DNA from: Candidatus Woesearchaeota archaeon
Lineage (GTDB): Archaea; Nanobdellota; Nanobdellia; Pacearchaeales; GW2011-AR1
DNA length: 64,000 bases
Assembly (NCBI GenBank): GCA_964518625.1
Contig: CAZFHC010000002.1
Coordinates: 176-64,175 of the forward strand
Direction: 5' to 3'
Shown in pieces: positions 9,553 through 18,753 of the stretch (position 1 is its first letter; each line of letters opens with the position of its first letter). The translations under genes were made by a program, and so were the position numbers. The notes beneath the pieces are model-generated. The model worked only from the letters and a program-made list of their open reading frames with translations, made no database searches and was not told the origin of the DNA.

Positions 9553-10074
9553 ATGGGAGATATAAAAAGAAAAAGGAAAAAGTTTAGTAGACCTAAACAG
9601 TTATTTGATAGAGTCAGAATAGACGAGGAAAATGTAATCGTTGAAAAATATGGTTTAAAAAATAAAAGAGAGATTTGGAAAGCAAAAGCAAAAGTTTCTA
9701 AATTTAGAAAGAGAGCAAAAGTTTTGATTAGGGCATCAATGGAAGATCAAAAAGATTTTTTTGATAAATTGAATAAATTAGGATTTAAAATTGAAAGTAT
9801 AAGTGATGTATTAGCTTTGACAGAAACTGACTTATTAGAAAGAAGATTACAAACAATTGTATATAGTAAATCGTTTTCAAATACAATTAAGCAAGCTAGA
9901 CAATTAATAGTACATAAACATATAATTGTTGATGGAACAATTGTTAATACACCATCTTTTTGGGTTAGTAAAAATTTAGAAACAAAAATAGAAGTTAAAC
10001 CTAAAAAGGAAAAACCAATTAAAGTAGAGGCTCAAGATGAAATATCAGAAGAGTCAAATGAGGTAAATGAATAA
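9553..10074 (+). CDS. rps4: 30S ribosomal protein S4 (uS4)
   Basis: MGDIKRKRKKFSRPKQLFD.. I used the ATG at 9553 (track start 9523 overlaps rps13). S4 domain ..QARQLIVHKHIIVDG.. Confidence 0.92.
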   Translation: MGDIKRKRKKFSRPKQLFDRVRIDEENVIVEKYGLKNKREIWKAKAKVSKFRKRAKVLIRASMEDQKDFFDKLNKLGFKIESISDVLALTETDLLERRLQTIVYSKSFSNTIKQARQLIVHKHIIVDGTIVNTPSFWVSKNLETKIEVKPKKEKPIKVEAQDEISEESNEVNE

Positions 10075-10463
10075 TGGCAAAGAAAAAAGAAGATCATGTA
10101 GCGGTATTAAATATTTATGCAAGTTATAATAATACAATAGCAAATTTAACAGATTTAGCAGGGAATACAATGGGAAGAATTACTGGTGGTCAAATAACAA
10201 AGCATGATAGAATGAGAGCAAATCCAACAATTGCCATGTTTATAGCAAAAAGAGTTCAAGAACTATGTAAAGATTACAAAGTAGCCGGATTATATGTAAG
10301 AATGAAAGGTCAAACTGGTGGACGAGGGATAGGTCCAGGTGGACATGCTATTGTAAAAACATTAACCAAAGAAGGTATGAGAATATTAAGTATGAGTGAT
10401 ATTACCGCATCTCCTCGTGGAGGACCTAAGAAAGCAGGTGGACGAAGGGGGCGTAGAGTATAA
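10074..10463 (+). CDS. rps11: 30S ribosomal protein S11 (uS11)
   Basis: ..VLNIYASYNNTIANLTD.. and ..DITASPRGGPKKAGGRRGRRV are typical of uS11. Confidence 0.93.
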   Translation: MAKKKEDHVAVLNIYASYNNTIANLTDLAGNTMGRITGGQITKHDRMRANPTIAMFIAKRVQELCKDYKVAGLYVRMKGQTGGRGIGPGGHAIVKTLTKEGMRILSMSDITASPRGGPKKAGGRRGRRV

Positions 10464-10493
10464 ATTTATAAATGAAATTTATCGCAATATAAT

Positions 10494-11198
10494 ATGGAAC
10501 TAATAAATAAAAATAAACAAAAAATAAGCTTTACAGCTACAATGAATATAACTTTAGCAAATGCGCTAAGAAGAAGTGTTGTAGAGATACCAATTCTTGC
10601 AATTCAGGAATGTGATTTTTATAAAAATGATAGTGCCTTATATGATGAAATGATAGCACATAGATTAGGTTTAATTCCATTAAAAAATGAAAAGTTAAAA
10701 AAAGATCAAGTTATTGAATTAAAATTAAAAGCTAAAGGTGAAGAAGGTGGAATCTATATAATGTCAGGAGAATTAGGAGATATGCCAGTATATGGAGATA
10801 TGCCAATCGTTTATTTAGATGAAGGACAAAATATTGAGATTGTTGCCAGAGTTGGTGCAGGTATTGGAAAAGACCACGCAAAATATGTTCCAGGATTATT
10901 TTATTATAAAAATTTACCAAAAATAAAAATAGGAAAAGAAGCAGAATCATTAATTGAATTATCTAAAACCTATCCTAAGATATTTGAATTTAAAGATAAG
11001 TTAAAAGTAAAAGACGCAACTAAATGTGATTTAGACGAAGAAGATTTTGAAGACTATCCAGGATTAGATATATCATTTGATCATAAACTGGTGTTTTATA
11101 TAGAGACATGGGGACAAATTAGTGTAACTGATATATTTTTAGAAAGTTGTAAAATACTTAAATCTAATCTATCTGAATTATCTAAAATAATAAAATAA
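10494..11198 (+). CDS. rpoD: DNA-directed RNA polymerase subunit D (Rpo3)
   Basis: ..ANALRRSVVEIPILAI..DEMIAHRLGLIPLK.. is an RpoD/Rpb3 signature. Conserved position after S11. Confidence 0.9.
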   Translation: MELINKNKQKISFTATMNITLANALRRSVVEIPILAIQECDFYKNDSALYDEMIAHRLGLIPLKNEKLKKDQVIELKLKAKGEEGGIYIMSGELGDMPVYGDMPIVYLDEGQNIEIVARVGAGIGKDHAKYVPGLFYYKNLPKIKIGKEAESLIELSKTYPKIFEFKDKLKVKDATKCDLDEEDFEDYPGLDISFDHKLVFYIETWGQISVTDIFLESCKILKSNLSELSKIIK

Positions 11199-11206
11199 TA
11201 AATAAC

Positions 11207-11569
11207 ATGGAAAAAACAATAAATAAAACAAAAATTGAAAAGAGAATGAAAGGGAAAAAGGATCCTTTATTAATTGAAACAATAATTAAGTTAAAAAAAA
11301 CAAATCCAGAAGTAGCTAAAGAGTTGGCAAAACCAAAAAGAAGATGGTCTGCAATGAATTTGAAGGATATTGATTTAGTTGATGGAGATGTTCTAATAGC
11401 AGGGAAAGTTTTGAGTGCTGGAGATTTAACATCAAAGAAAAGAATTATTGCTTGGTCATTTAGTGAAAAAGCAAAAGAAAAGATTGATGGAATAAAAGGA
11501 GAAGCAATCTTGATAACAAAAGAAATGGAAAAGAATCCAGAATTAAATAATTTAATGTTTCTAAAATAA
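11207..11569 (+). CDS. rpl18e: 50S ribosomal protein L18e
   Basis: Size, position between rpoD and rpl13, and the pattern ..AKPKRRWSAMNL..VLIAGKVLSAGDL.. Confidence 0.85.
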   Translation: MEKTINKTKIEKRMKGKKDPLLIETIIKLKKTNPEVAKELAKPKRRWSAMNLKDIDLVDGDVLIAGKVLSAGDLTSKKRIIAWSFSEKAKEKIDGIKGEAILITKEMEKNPELNNLMFLK

Positions 11570-11570
11570 T

Positions 11571-11975
11571 ATGGAACATATATTAGTTGATGGAAAAGGT
11601 GCTATTCTTGGAAGATTAGGTAGTTATGTAGCTAAAGAATTATTGAAAGGAAATCAAATATCAGTTATTAATTCAGAAGAAGTTGTAATTTCAGGAAAAA
11701 GAAATGCAATAGTAGAAAGAATTAATGAAAAACGAAGAATGGGACGAGGTGGTTCACTAAAAGGTCCAACTTACATAAGGCAAAGCGATCGGTTATTAAA
11801 AAGAATGATTAGGGGAATGCTTCCATGGGATAGAACAAAAGGTAGAGAAGCCTATAAGAGATTGAAATGTTATATTGGGGAAGAAAAAATAGAGACTGAT
11901 CAGACAAAAACATTCGATCACAACAGACCGTTAAAATTTACAACAATGAAAGAAGTTGTAAGAGGATTGAAATGA
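11571..11975 (+). CDS. rpl13: 50S ribosomal protein L13 (uL13)
   Basis: ..VDGKGAILGRLGSYVAKELLKG..MLPWDRTKGREAYKRLKCY.. is typical of uL13. Confidence 0.93.
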   Translation: MEHILVDGKGAILGRLGSYVAKELLKGNQISVINSEEVVISGKRNAIVERINEKRRMGRGGSLKGPTYIRQSDRLLKRMIRGMLPWDRTKGREAYKRLKCYIGEEKIETDQTKTFDHNRPLKFTTMKEVVRGLK

Positions 11976-12373
11976 ATAATTTAGTAGTTTCAGGAAAGAG
12001 AAAAACAGCGATTGCAAAAGCTACAATCAAAGAAGGGACAGGAATAATTACATATAATAAAAAACCAATTGCATTTTTACCACAATTACAACAACTTGAA
12101 ATCAATGAACCATTAATTCTAGCAAAAGACGTTTTAAAAGATTTAAAATTTGATATTGCAGTGAATGTAAAAGGTGGTGGAAGTTCATGTCAAGTAGAAG
12201 CTGCACGTTTATCAATTGCAAGAGCAATAGTCAAGTTTACAGAGAATGAAGAAGTTAGAAGATCTTTCTTATCTTATGATAGAAACCTATTGGTTGCTGA
12301 TACAAGAAGAAAAGAAGCTTGTAAACCAGGTGATTCTAAAGCAAGAGCAAAAAGACAAACATCATTTAGATAG
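11972..12373 (+). CDS. rps9: 30S ribosomal protein S9 (uS9)
   Basis: ..SGKRKTAIAKATIKEG.G.I..N.. and C-terminal ..DTRRKEACKPGDSKARAKRQTSFR are typical of uS9. Confidence 0.93.
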   Translation: MNNLVVSGKRKTAIAKATIKEGTGIITYNKKPIAFLPQLQQLEINEPLILAKDVLKDLKFDIAVNVKGGGSSCQVEAARLSIARAIVKFTENEEVRRSFLSYDRNLLVADTRRKEACKPGDSKARAKRQTSFR

Positions 12374-12928
12374 ATTTATATTTAGATTAGTGATTTTTTT
12401 ATTTCTAGGTCTTGAAATTTGTTTTATTTTTCTTTGAACAGCATAAAAAGTTTCATTGTCAATCAAAGGTTTATGGTTAGATTTATATATTTTCCCACTA
12501 AATTTAATTTCACCAAGATAGCATCTATTCATTAAAATTTTCTTAAGTCCATTGACAGAAACTCCAAACTGCTTAGAAATAGCATTCAAGGAAAAATTTT
12601 GATTAAGAAAAGTTCTAAACATAGAAATAACTTTAAGTGAATCACTATTTAGACTAAATTGTCCTTTAGTAATAGAATATCCCAATGGTGGCCTATTTAC
12701 AGGGTGTCCTTCTTTTGCTTGAATTCTCATGCCATTTCTTTGCTTTTTACCACGATAACAATTAAATTTCCTAAAAATATCCAAGATTTTCCAATCTATT
12801 TTTTCTAACACATATTCCTGTACACTTTTTTTATTATCAGGCACAAATGCAGCACAAATACTACAAAATTTAAATCCAAATTTTTCAATTTCTTTCTTAT
12901 CAGCATAACCACATTTAGAACAAACCAT
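12362..12928 (-). CDS. Zn-ribbon + serine-recombinase 'Recombinase' (DNA-binding) domain protein lacking the resolvase catalytic domain
   Basis: From ATG 12928: CSKCGY..CSICAAF ribbon, then RPPLGYSITKGQFSLNSDSLKVISMFRTFL..SLNAISKQFGVSVNGLKKILMNRCYLGEIKF..HKPLIDNETFYAVQ, the pattern of the recombinase domain of large serine recombinases. No catalytic Ser domain. The track start at 13066 is rejected (hydrophobic junk that overlaps the divergent gene). Confidence 0.6.
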   Translation of the reverse strand: MVCSKCGYADKKEIEKFGFKFCSICAAFVPDNKKSVQEYVLEKIDWKILDIFRKFNCYRGKKQRNGMRIQAKEGHPVNRPPLGYSITKGQFSLNSDSLKVISMFRTFLNQNFSLNAISKQFGVSVNGLKKILMNRCYLGEIKFSGKIYKSNHKPLIDNETFYAVQRKIKQISRPRNKKITNLNINLSK

Positions 12929-13002
12929 AATAATTACAAAAAAAGAAAGTTTAAATATTTTGAGACCGGTAGACTTTTCTATAATAAACAACTTTTTATA
13001 AT

Positions 13003-13599
13003 ATGGTAAAAATTTTAGCAGCAGGCGATATTCATGATAATAAAGAAATAATGGAAAAATTAGCAAAAAAAGCTATTAATGAGAAAGTAGATCTAATAAT
13101 ATTAGCAGGCGATATCCATGATTACAATACAGGAGATAAAGAAATTTTATCACCATTATTAGAAACAAAAAAGAGAATTCTCTTTGTCCCAGGGAACTGT
13201 GATACACTTGATGAATGTTCTGAATTGAAGAAAAAAGCAAAAAGTATAGATGGATATTATGTAACCTATAATGAAGTAGGAATAGCAGGCATAGGTTCTG
13301 CAGGATGGACCCTTGAACATGATTTGTCAGATTTTCTAATAATAAAAAAACAGATGATAAAAATGAAACAGAAGAAAAGAGTATTAGTCTCTCATCTTCA
13401 TGCAGCAGGGACACTCGCAGAGAAAATGGGGAACATTGTAGGTTGGACAGGAGATAGTATTCTAAGAGAAGCTGTGGAAACATTCCAACCAGATATTTTA
13501 ATATCAGCTCATATTCATGAAGCAGAAGGAGTCGAAGATAAAATTGGTAAAACAAGGGTTATACAAGTAGGCAGAAAAGGAACAATTTTAGAAATTTAA
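13003..13599 (+). CDS. metallophosphoesterase (calcineurin-like, YfcE/MJ0936-type)
   Basis: Motifs ILAAGDIHDN, LAGDIHD, VPGNCD, SHLH and SAHIHE are the canonical phosphoesterase metal ligands. Confidence 0.85.
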   Translation: MVKILAAGDIHDNKEIMEKLAKKAINEKVDLIILAGDIHDYNTGDKEILSPLLETKKRILFVPGNCDTLDECSELKKKAKSIDGYYVTYNEVGIAGIGSAGWTLEHDLSDFLIIKKQMIKMKQKKRVLVSHLHAAGTLAEKMGNIVGWTGDSILREAVETFQPDILISAHIHEAEGVEDKIGKTRVIQVGRKGTILEI

Positions 13600-13656
13600 A
13601 TTAACAGAATAATTTATTAATAATAACTTTCTTTTATAATTAGAGGATTTCAGTAA

Positions 13657-14524
13657 ATGAGGATTAAATCAATTGATGTTGTGAAGGTTTTGCTATTATT
13701 TTTGTAATTACATTCCATTTATTATATAATCTTGGATTTGAAAGAACAAGATGGCTTGGATTTATTGGTATTTCTTTATTTTTTATAGTTAGTGGGTATC
13801 TTCTTTAAAAAAAGCATCCGGATACTAAAGAATTCTCTATAAAATGGTTTTTTAAAAGATATGTTAAGATTTCTTCTCTTTATTATCTAGCTTTAATTTT
13901 TTTAGTAATTCTATTTGGAAGACAAATTTATAATGGGAATGTCTTTGGAAATTTACTTAGCCATTTTTCTTTTATAGATTTTTTATTTCCACAATATAGT
14001 TATGAAAGAATAAGCCTAGAATGGTTTATAATTCCAATTATGTTTTTGTATTTTTTTATCCATATCTTAATAAGTACTCTGAGTCTAGGATTTTTTTATT
14101 TTTGGCTTTTGTTATTACATTTATAATTAGATTAGCGAATGATTCATATACGTCATTTTTGCCTTTATTTTTCTTAGCTGAATTTTATGCTGGAAGAGCA
14201 TTTGCCGATAATAAAAAAATTGAAGTTTTGATTCTTTCATTAATAATGATATTCGTAAATCCATTAATGACATTACCTTTCTTTTTCTTTTTCTTAATGA
14301 TGATTCCAAAATGGGAAGGTATCCCTACAAAACCATTAGTTTTCTTATCTAATAGTACACTTATTCTATTTTTATTTCATGAATCGATTATGAAAGTTAT
14401 TCTTGGAAGATGGAAAATATATCTTTTAAATAACATTTCTGCTGTTATTGTTTTAATTTTAACAGTTTTTGGTTGTGTATTTTTATCTAAAATAATTCAA
14501 AATAAAATTATTGAAAAAATCTGA
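13657..14524 (+). pseudogene. acyltransferase family 3 (membrane O-acyltransferase), disrupted by 2 frameshifts and 1 in-frame stop
   Basis: Pieces in three frames join into a typical family-3 protein: MRIKSIDVVK/GFAIIFVITFHLLYN..FIGISLFFIVSGYLL*KKHP..WFFKRYVKISSLYYLALIF..SLEWFIIPIMFLYFF/YPYLNKY.. continuing as ORF 14021-14524. Lesions are at about 13684-13686, TAA 13806-13808 and the T7 run 14051-14057. Confidence 0.65.
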
Positions 14525-14654
14525 TATCTTGAAAAAAGATTTGGAATAAACGAGTAAGGAGGAATTAAAATAATTCAAAATAAAACTTTTAAAAATGAAA
14601 AATTCTTAATAAAGAATCCAAAACAAATAAATACTCACTCTTTTTTTGTTGTTT

Positions 14655-16859
14655 ATGCCTAAGAAAAAAACACCAACGAATACAACACTAATAATAACAG
14701 AAAAACCACAGGCAGCAGCAAAAATAGCAGCAGCACTTTCTAATGCAAAAGATCAAAAATATACAACAAAAGATAAAGTCTCATACTATGAATTCCAACG
14801 AGATGGTAGGAATTATATAGTAGGATGTGCAGTTGGTCATCTTTTTGGAGTACAACAGATAGCTCAACGTGGACCATTTCCAAATTTTGATATAAAATGG
14901 CAACCAGCATACCAAAAAAAGAAATCTGCATTTACAAAAAGATATCTAAGCACATTAAAAAAATTAGCAAAAGAAGCTGATGAATTTATCATTGCAACAG
15001 ATTTTGATAGAGAAGGAGAAGTTATTGGATGGAATATTGTAAGATATGTTTGTAAACAAAAAGATGCAAAAAGGATGAAATTTTCAACACTAACAAAAGA
15101 TGAATTAGAAAAATCATTTCAAAATATTCATCCACATATAGAATGGGGACCAGCCTTTGCAGGAGAAACTCGTCACTATCTTGATTGGTTCTACGGAATA
15201 AATTTATCTCGTGGCCTCATGAAAGCTCTTTCAAAAACAGGTCAGTTTAGAATACTGTCAATAGGTAGAGTTCAAGGTCCATCATTAAATATGTTAGTAG
15301 AAAGAGAAAAAGAAATAGAAGCATTTATACCAACACCATATTGGCAAATGTTTACACAAATACGAGACATCAAAAAACAAAAATTAGAATTAAAATATAC
15401 AAAAGATATAACAAATAAATCAGATTTACTAAAATTTAAACATCTGAAAGGAAAAAAAGCAATAGCTGAAACAAAATTAAGAGATGATTTAGTCGCAGCT
15501 CCAATACCGTTTGATTTAACAACATTACAGACAGAATGTTATAAATATTTCAAATTGACTCCATCTCAAACATTAAATGTTGCTCAAGGATTATATACAA
15601 ACGGAATAATCTCTTATCCAAGAACATCCTCTCAAGAATATCCTAAAGAGATAGGTTACAATAATATTCTAAAAATGTTAAAAAAATATACAACATTAGT
15701 AAAATATGTAACAAAAACAACTCCTACAAAAGGAAAGAAAAAAGATCCAGCTCATCCAGCGATATATCCAACAGGAGAACTAAAAAAATTAAAAGAAATG
15801 GAAAAGAAAGTTTATGATTTAATTGTAAAAAGGTTCATCTCATGTTTTTGTGAACCAGCAAAACTTACAAGAAAACAAGTTGCAGTAACAATTAATAATT
15901 TAAAATTTACATCAAACGGAAATAATATTGAAGAAAAGAATTGGATGAATGTTTATCCAACAGACATAAAAGATGAACCGGTTCCAACAATAACAGGTGA
16001 TGTTGATGTATTAGAAATAAGAACGGAAGAAAAGATGACTAAACCAAAAAGAAGATTTACTCCAGCAACACTAATTAAAGAATTAGAAAAAAGGAACTTA
16101 GGGACAAAAGCTACAAGAGCATCAATAATAGAAACTCTATTCAATAGAGGATATGTCTCAGGGAAATCAATAGAAGTCACAGAGTTAGGTATGCAAATGC
16201 AAAAAACATTAGAAGAATTTGCACCACTGATATTAAACGAAGAAATGACTAGTAATATGGAAAAAGAAATGGAAAAAATTGAAAGAGCAAAAAAAGATTA
16301 CGAAGGCAAAGAAGAAAAAATTTTGAATCAAGCAAAAAAAGATATTATAAAAATTGCAGAAAAAATAACAATAAATTTAGATAAAATAGGAGAATCCTTA
16401 GCTGATGCAAATCAAAAAGTATGGGAACAAGAAAAAGAAGCAAACACGATGAATAAATGTCCCATTTGTAAAGAAGGTCGTTTGACGATACGTTATGGAA
16501 AACAATTTTCTAGATATTTTGTTGCATGTGATAATTATCCAAAATGTAAAACAACATTCTCATTACCACCAAGTGGAACAATGAAACCTTCAAGAAACAA
16601 AGATGGAGATTTAGAATTTTGTGAAGAATGTGGCTATCCATTAGTTGCAGCATTTAAGAAAGGTAAGGCTCCCTGGAGATTCTGTTTTAATCCAACATGT
16701 CCAACTAACAAGGAACTCCAAGAGAAGAAAGAAGAATTCAAAAGAAAGCTAGCAAATGGAGAAGTTGAAATAAAAGATGGGAAAATAATTGATAAAACAA
16801 AGCCAAAGACAAAAAAGAAAAAAGTAGCAAAAAAATCTAAAAAAGCCCTCGTTTCTTAA
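14655..16859 (+). CDS. topA: DNA topoisomerase I (type IA)
   Basis: Toprim start LIITEKPQAA, DFDREGE, active-site region GIISYPRTSSQ. C-terminal Zn ribbons CPICKEG..CDNYPKC and CEECGY..CFNPTC. ATG 14655 preferred over TTG 14646. Confidence 0.93.
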   Translation: MPKKKTPTNTTLIITEKPQAAAKIAAALSNAKDQKYTTKDKVSYYEFQRDGRNYIVGCAVGHLFGVQQIAQRGPFPNFDIKWQPAYQKKKSAFTKRYLSTLKKLAKEADEFIIATDFDREGEVIGWNIVRYVCKQKDAKRMKFSTLTKDELEKSFQNIHPHIEWGPAFAGETRHYLDWFYGINLSRGLMKALSKTGQFRILSIGRVQGPSLNMLVEREKEIEAFIPTPYWQMFTQIRDIKKQKLELKYTKDITNKSDLLKFKHLKGKKAIAETKLRDDLVAAPIPFDLTTLQTECYKYFKLTPSQTLNVAQGLYTNGIISYPRTSSQEYPKEIGYNNILKMLKKYTTLVKYVTKTTPTKGKKKDPAHPAIYPTGELKKLKEMEKKVYDLIVKRFISCFCEPAKLTRKQVAVTINNLKFTSNGNNIEEKNWMNVYPTDIKDEPVPTITGDVDVLEIRTEEKMTKPKRRFTPATLIKELEKRNLGTKATRASIIETLFNRGYVSGKSIEVTELGMQMQKTLEEFAPLILNEEMTSNMEKEMEKIERAKKDYEGKEEKILNQAKKDIIKIAEKITINLDKIGESLADANQKVWEQEKEANTMNKCPICKEGRLTIRYGKQFSRYFVACDNYPKCKTTFSLPPSGTMKPSRNKDGDLEFCEECGYPLVAAFKKGKAPWRFCFNPTCPTNKELQEKKEEFKRKLANGEVEIKDGKIIDKTKPKTKKKKVAKKSKKALVS

Positions 16860-17568
16860 TACCAGAATTGATAATATCAAAACCCATTTCCTTTTCCCTA
16901 ATACTTCTATGTTTTCTCAAAACAAGTTTTCTTTTCCCAAAAGAATTTTGAAGTTCAATAAGACACTTACTCCAATATTTTAACAGATCTCCACCAACCA
17001 TATTAACCCTTTTCTCACCTTTATCTCCCCAATTTTTTTCATAACTAGAATAGACTTGGTTAGTAACAATTACAGGAATATTTTGTTTCCGAGCAATTTC
17101 ATTCAAAAACATTAATTGTTTTGCCATTTTAGAATTTACAGTCTGAATTTTTTCTAGTTCTTTAGATTCAATAGCTTGTGCTAATTCTAATCTATACAAC
17201 ATACCAATAGAATCAACAATAATTAAATTAATTTCATTTAATTTTAATTGTTTTGCTAAATCAGAAAAGGCTTTTTCTTGTTCAATAAAAGAAGTTGGAT
17301 TTAAAAGTAAAACATTCTCTAAATGTTTTTTTATTTCATCTTTATCTCCAGAATCAATTTGTTTGAATCTATCAACCGAAAAACTTCCTTCAGTATCAAT
17401 AAAAATAATTCGATTCCCTTTTTTTGCTTGACTAACACAGACAGACATACAAAAATTACTTTTGCCACTTCCCCCGGGCCCATAAACCGTAGTTATAATA
17501 TCTTTTTCATAACCACCTTGCAAAAATTTATTTAAATCATAACATCCAGCAGAAATTTTATTACTCAT
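16837..17568 (-). CDS. radB: DNA repair/recombination protein RadB (RecA/RadA paralogue)
   Basis: Walker A GPGGSGKSNF, FIDTEGSFSVDRF, about 240 aa with no N-terminal HhH domain. Convergent 23-nt overlap with topA. Confidence 0.8.
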   Translation of the reverse strand: MSNKISAGCYDLNKFLQGGYEKDIITTVYGPGGSGKSNFCMSVCVSQAKKGNRIIFIDTEGSFSVDRFKQIDSGDKDEIKKHLENVLLLNPTSFIEQEKAFSDLAKQLKLNEINLIIVDSIGMLYRLELAQAIESKELEKIQTVNSKMAKQLMFLNEIARKQNIPVIVTNQVYSSYEKNWGDKGEKRVNMVGGDLLKYWSKCLIELQNSFGKRKLVLRKHRSIREKEMGFDIINSGIKKRGLF

Positions 17569-17608
17569 ATAATTAAATAATCAAATAAAATTATAAACAT
17601 TTCCGTGA

Positions 17609-18394
17609 TTAATTACTAGCAATTTTAAGCTCATCATTTAAACTTTTTCTTTCTTCAGGATGAATATTCTTAGTTATATGAATATCTTCAAAATGGATAG
17701 GTTGCCATAAAAACAGTTTTTGCTGGTTAGCCAAATGTAATACTGGCAGAAAAGACGCAATTTTCTCCTCTTTTGTCTCAGCAATATAATGAAATTTCAT
17801 AGGACCATTATCAGAATTAGAAAGATGGTCTAATATAATATTATGAATTTTCTTTATTCTAATTTTTAATGGAACGTGTTTTTGAGGAAGAACAATCAAG
17901 GCAGATTTTTCAGCTTGTTGCGTTTTAATATGTCTTTTAATTCTTCTATTCTCAGTATTAATTGCATGATTAAGGGCTTTCATTAATTCATCTAATGTTA
18001 CTTTTTTATGACGAGCAAGAGGAGTCTTTGGAACAAGGATAGGTAATTCACCTTCTTCAATATTAAAAGAATCTAAATTGAGAACAGACTGTATTTCCTT
18101 TCTTCCATATAAAGAATCATTCAACTCTTGTATATATTGATTAGCAAGAATATCAGATTTTAGTCTAAGTAATAAAGAACAAGCAAGAAGAACTTTAGAA
18201 GAAACAAAGAAATTTTCTTCTTCTAGATGTTGCATCGTCGTTAAATATTTATCAGCTAAGATATCAATTTTAATATCCCAAGGATCAAGTTGTTCAGTTT
18301 TAATTAAGTCATAAATAATAGATTGCCAACTAAGCTCATTACTTGTAATTAAATCAAAGAATTGAACCTGATTAATCATATCACCTCTACTCAT
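17609..18394 (-). CDS. scpA: segregation and condensation protein A (ScpA kleisin)
   Basis: ..SIIYDLIKTEQLDPWDIKIDILADKYL..FFVSSKVLLACSLLLRLKS.. is typical of the ScpA N-terminal region. Confidence 0.8.
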   Translation of the reverse strand: MSRGDMINQVQFFDLITSNELSWQSIIYDLIKTEQLDPWDIKIDILADKYLTTMQHLEEENFFVSSKVLLACSLLLRLKSDILANQYIQELNDSLYGRKEIQSVLNLDSFNIEEGELPILVPKTPLARHKKVTLDELMKALNHAINTENRRIKRHIKTQQAEKSALIVLPQKHVPLKIRIKKIHNIILDHLSNSDNGPMKFHYIAETKEEKIASFLPVLHLANQQKLFLWQPIHFEDIHITKNIHPEERKSLNDELKIASN

Positions 18395-18513
18395 AATAAT
18401 ATCTGATTAAAGGAGTTAATAAATTTACTTAGAACATGATGTCACTATATGATTACAACAGAGCCAAAAGATTTATAAAGGTTGCAATATTCTCTATATT
18501 ATCACCTCTTTTT

Positions 18514-18567
18514 CCCAGGAGAGAGCGATGGGGCATCTTTTTGAAGGCGTTATCGCATCTCCTAGGG
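18514..18567 (+). ncRNA. candidate small structured RNA (imperfect 54-nt hairpin), function unknown
   Basis: CCCAGGAGA (18514-22) pairs with TCTCCT-A-GGG (18558-67) and GCGAT (18525-29) with ATCGC (18552-56). TTTATAAA box at 18472-18479 upstream and a T-rich stretch downstream. Locally GC-richer than its surroundings. Confidence 0.25.
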
Positions 18568-18753
18568 TTATTTTCTAGAAATATAATTTAGGTCATGTGA
18601 GTCTTAAGGTAAGTTATTGAAACTTAAAGCATTGATCAAATTATTTTATATTGATATTATTAATTAAATTTCTCATATAATAAATTGATTAATAATAGAG
18701 TCTTTTGTAAAAACATTATAGTTATATTTTCTTAGATTAGATTTTTGAAATAA

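Noticed and set aside
12246-12437. 63-aa plus-strand ORF overlapping the rps9 3' end
   Set aside because: It is an alternative frame of rps9 running into the convergent gene, with no support.
12929-13066. Long form of the recombinase-domain ORF (track start 13066)
   Set aside because: The extra 46 codons are hydrophobic and low-complexity, and they overlap the divergent phosphoesterase start. The internal ATG at 12928 directly precedes the Zn ribbon.
13076-13555. 159-aa minus-strand ORF
   Set aside because: It is antisense to the metallophosphoesterase gene, whose metal-ligand motifs are all present. The translation is Leu-rich junk.
12362-14524. Is the accessory patch an intact integrated mobile element?
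   Set aside because: It has no catalytic integrase or transposase domain, I could find no flanking direct or inverted repeats, and it holds only three genes, one of them decayed. I treat it as a remnant or rearrangement scar, not an active element.
14021-14524. 167-aa ORF as an independent membrane protein gene
   Set aside because: Its sequence continues the acyltransferase-3 frame fragments upstream (13657-14057), so it is annotated as part of one disrupted gene.
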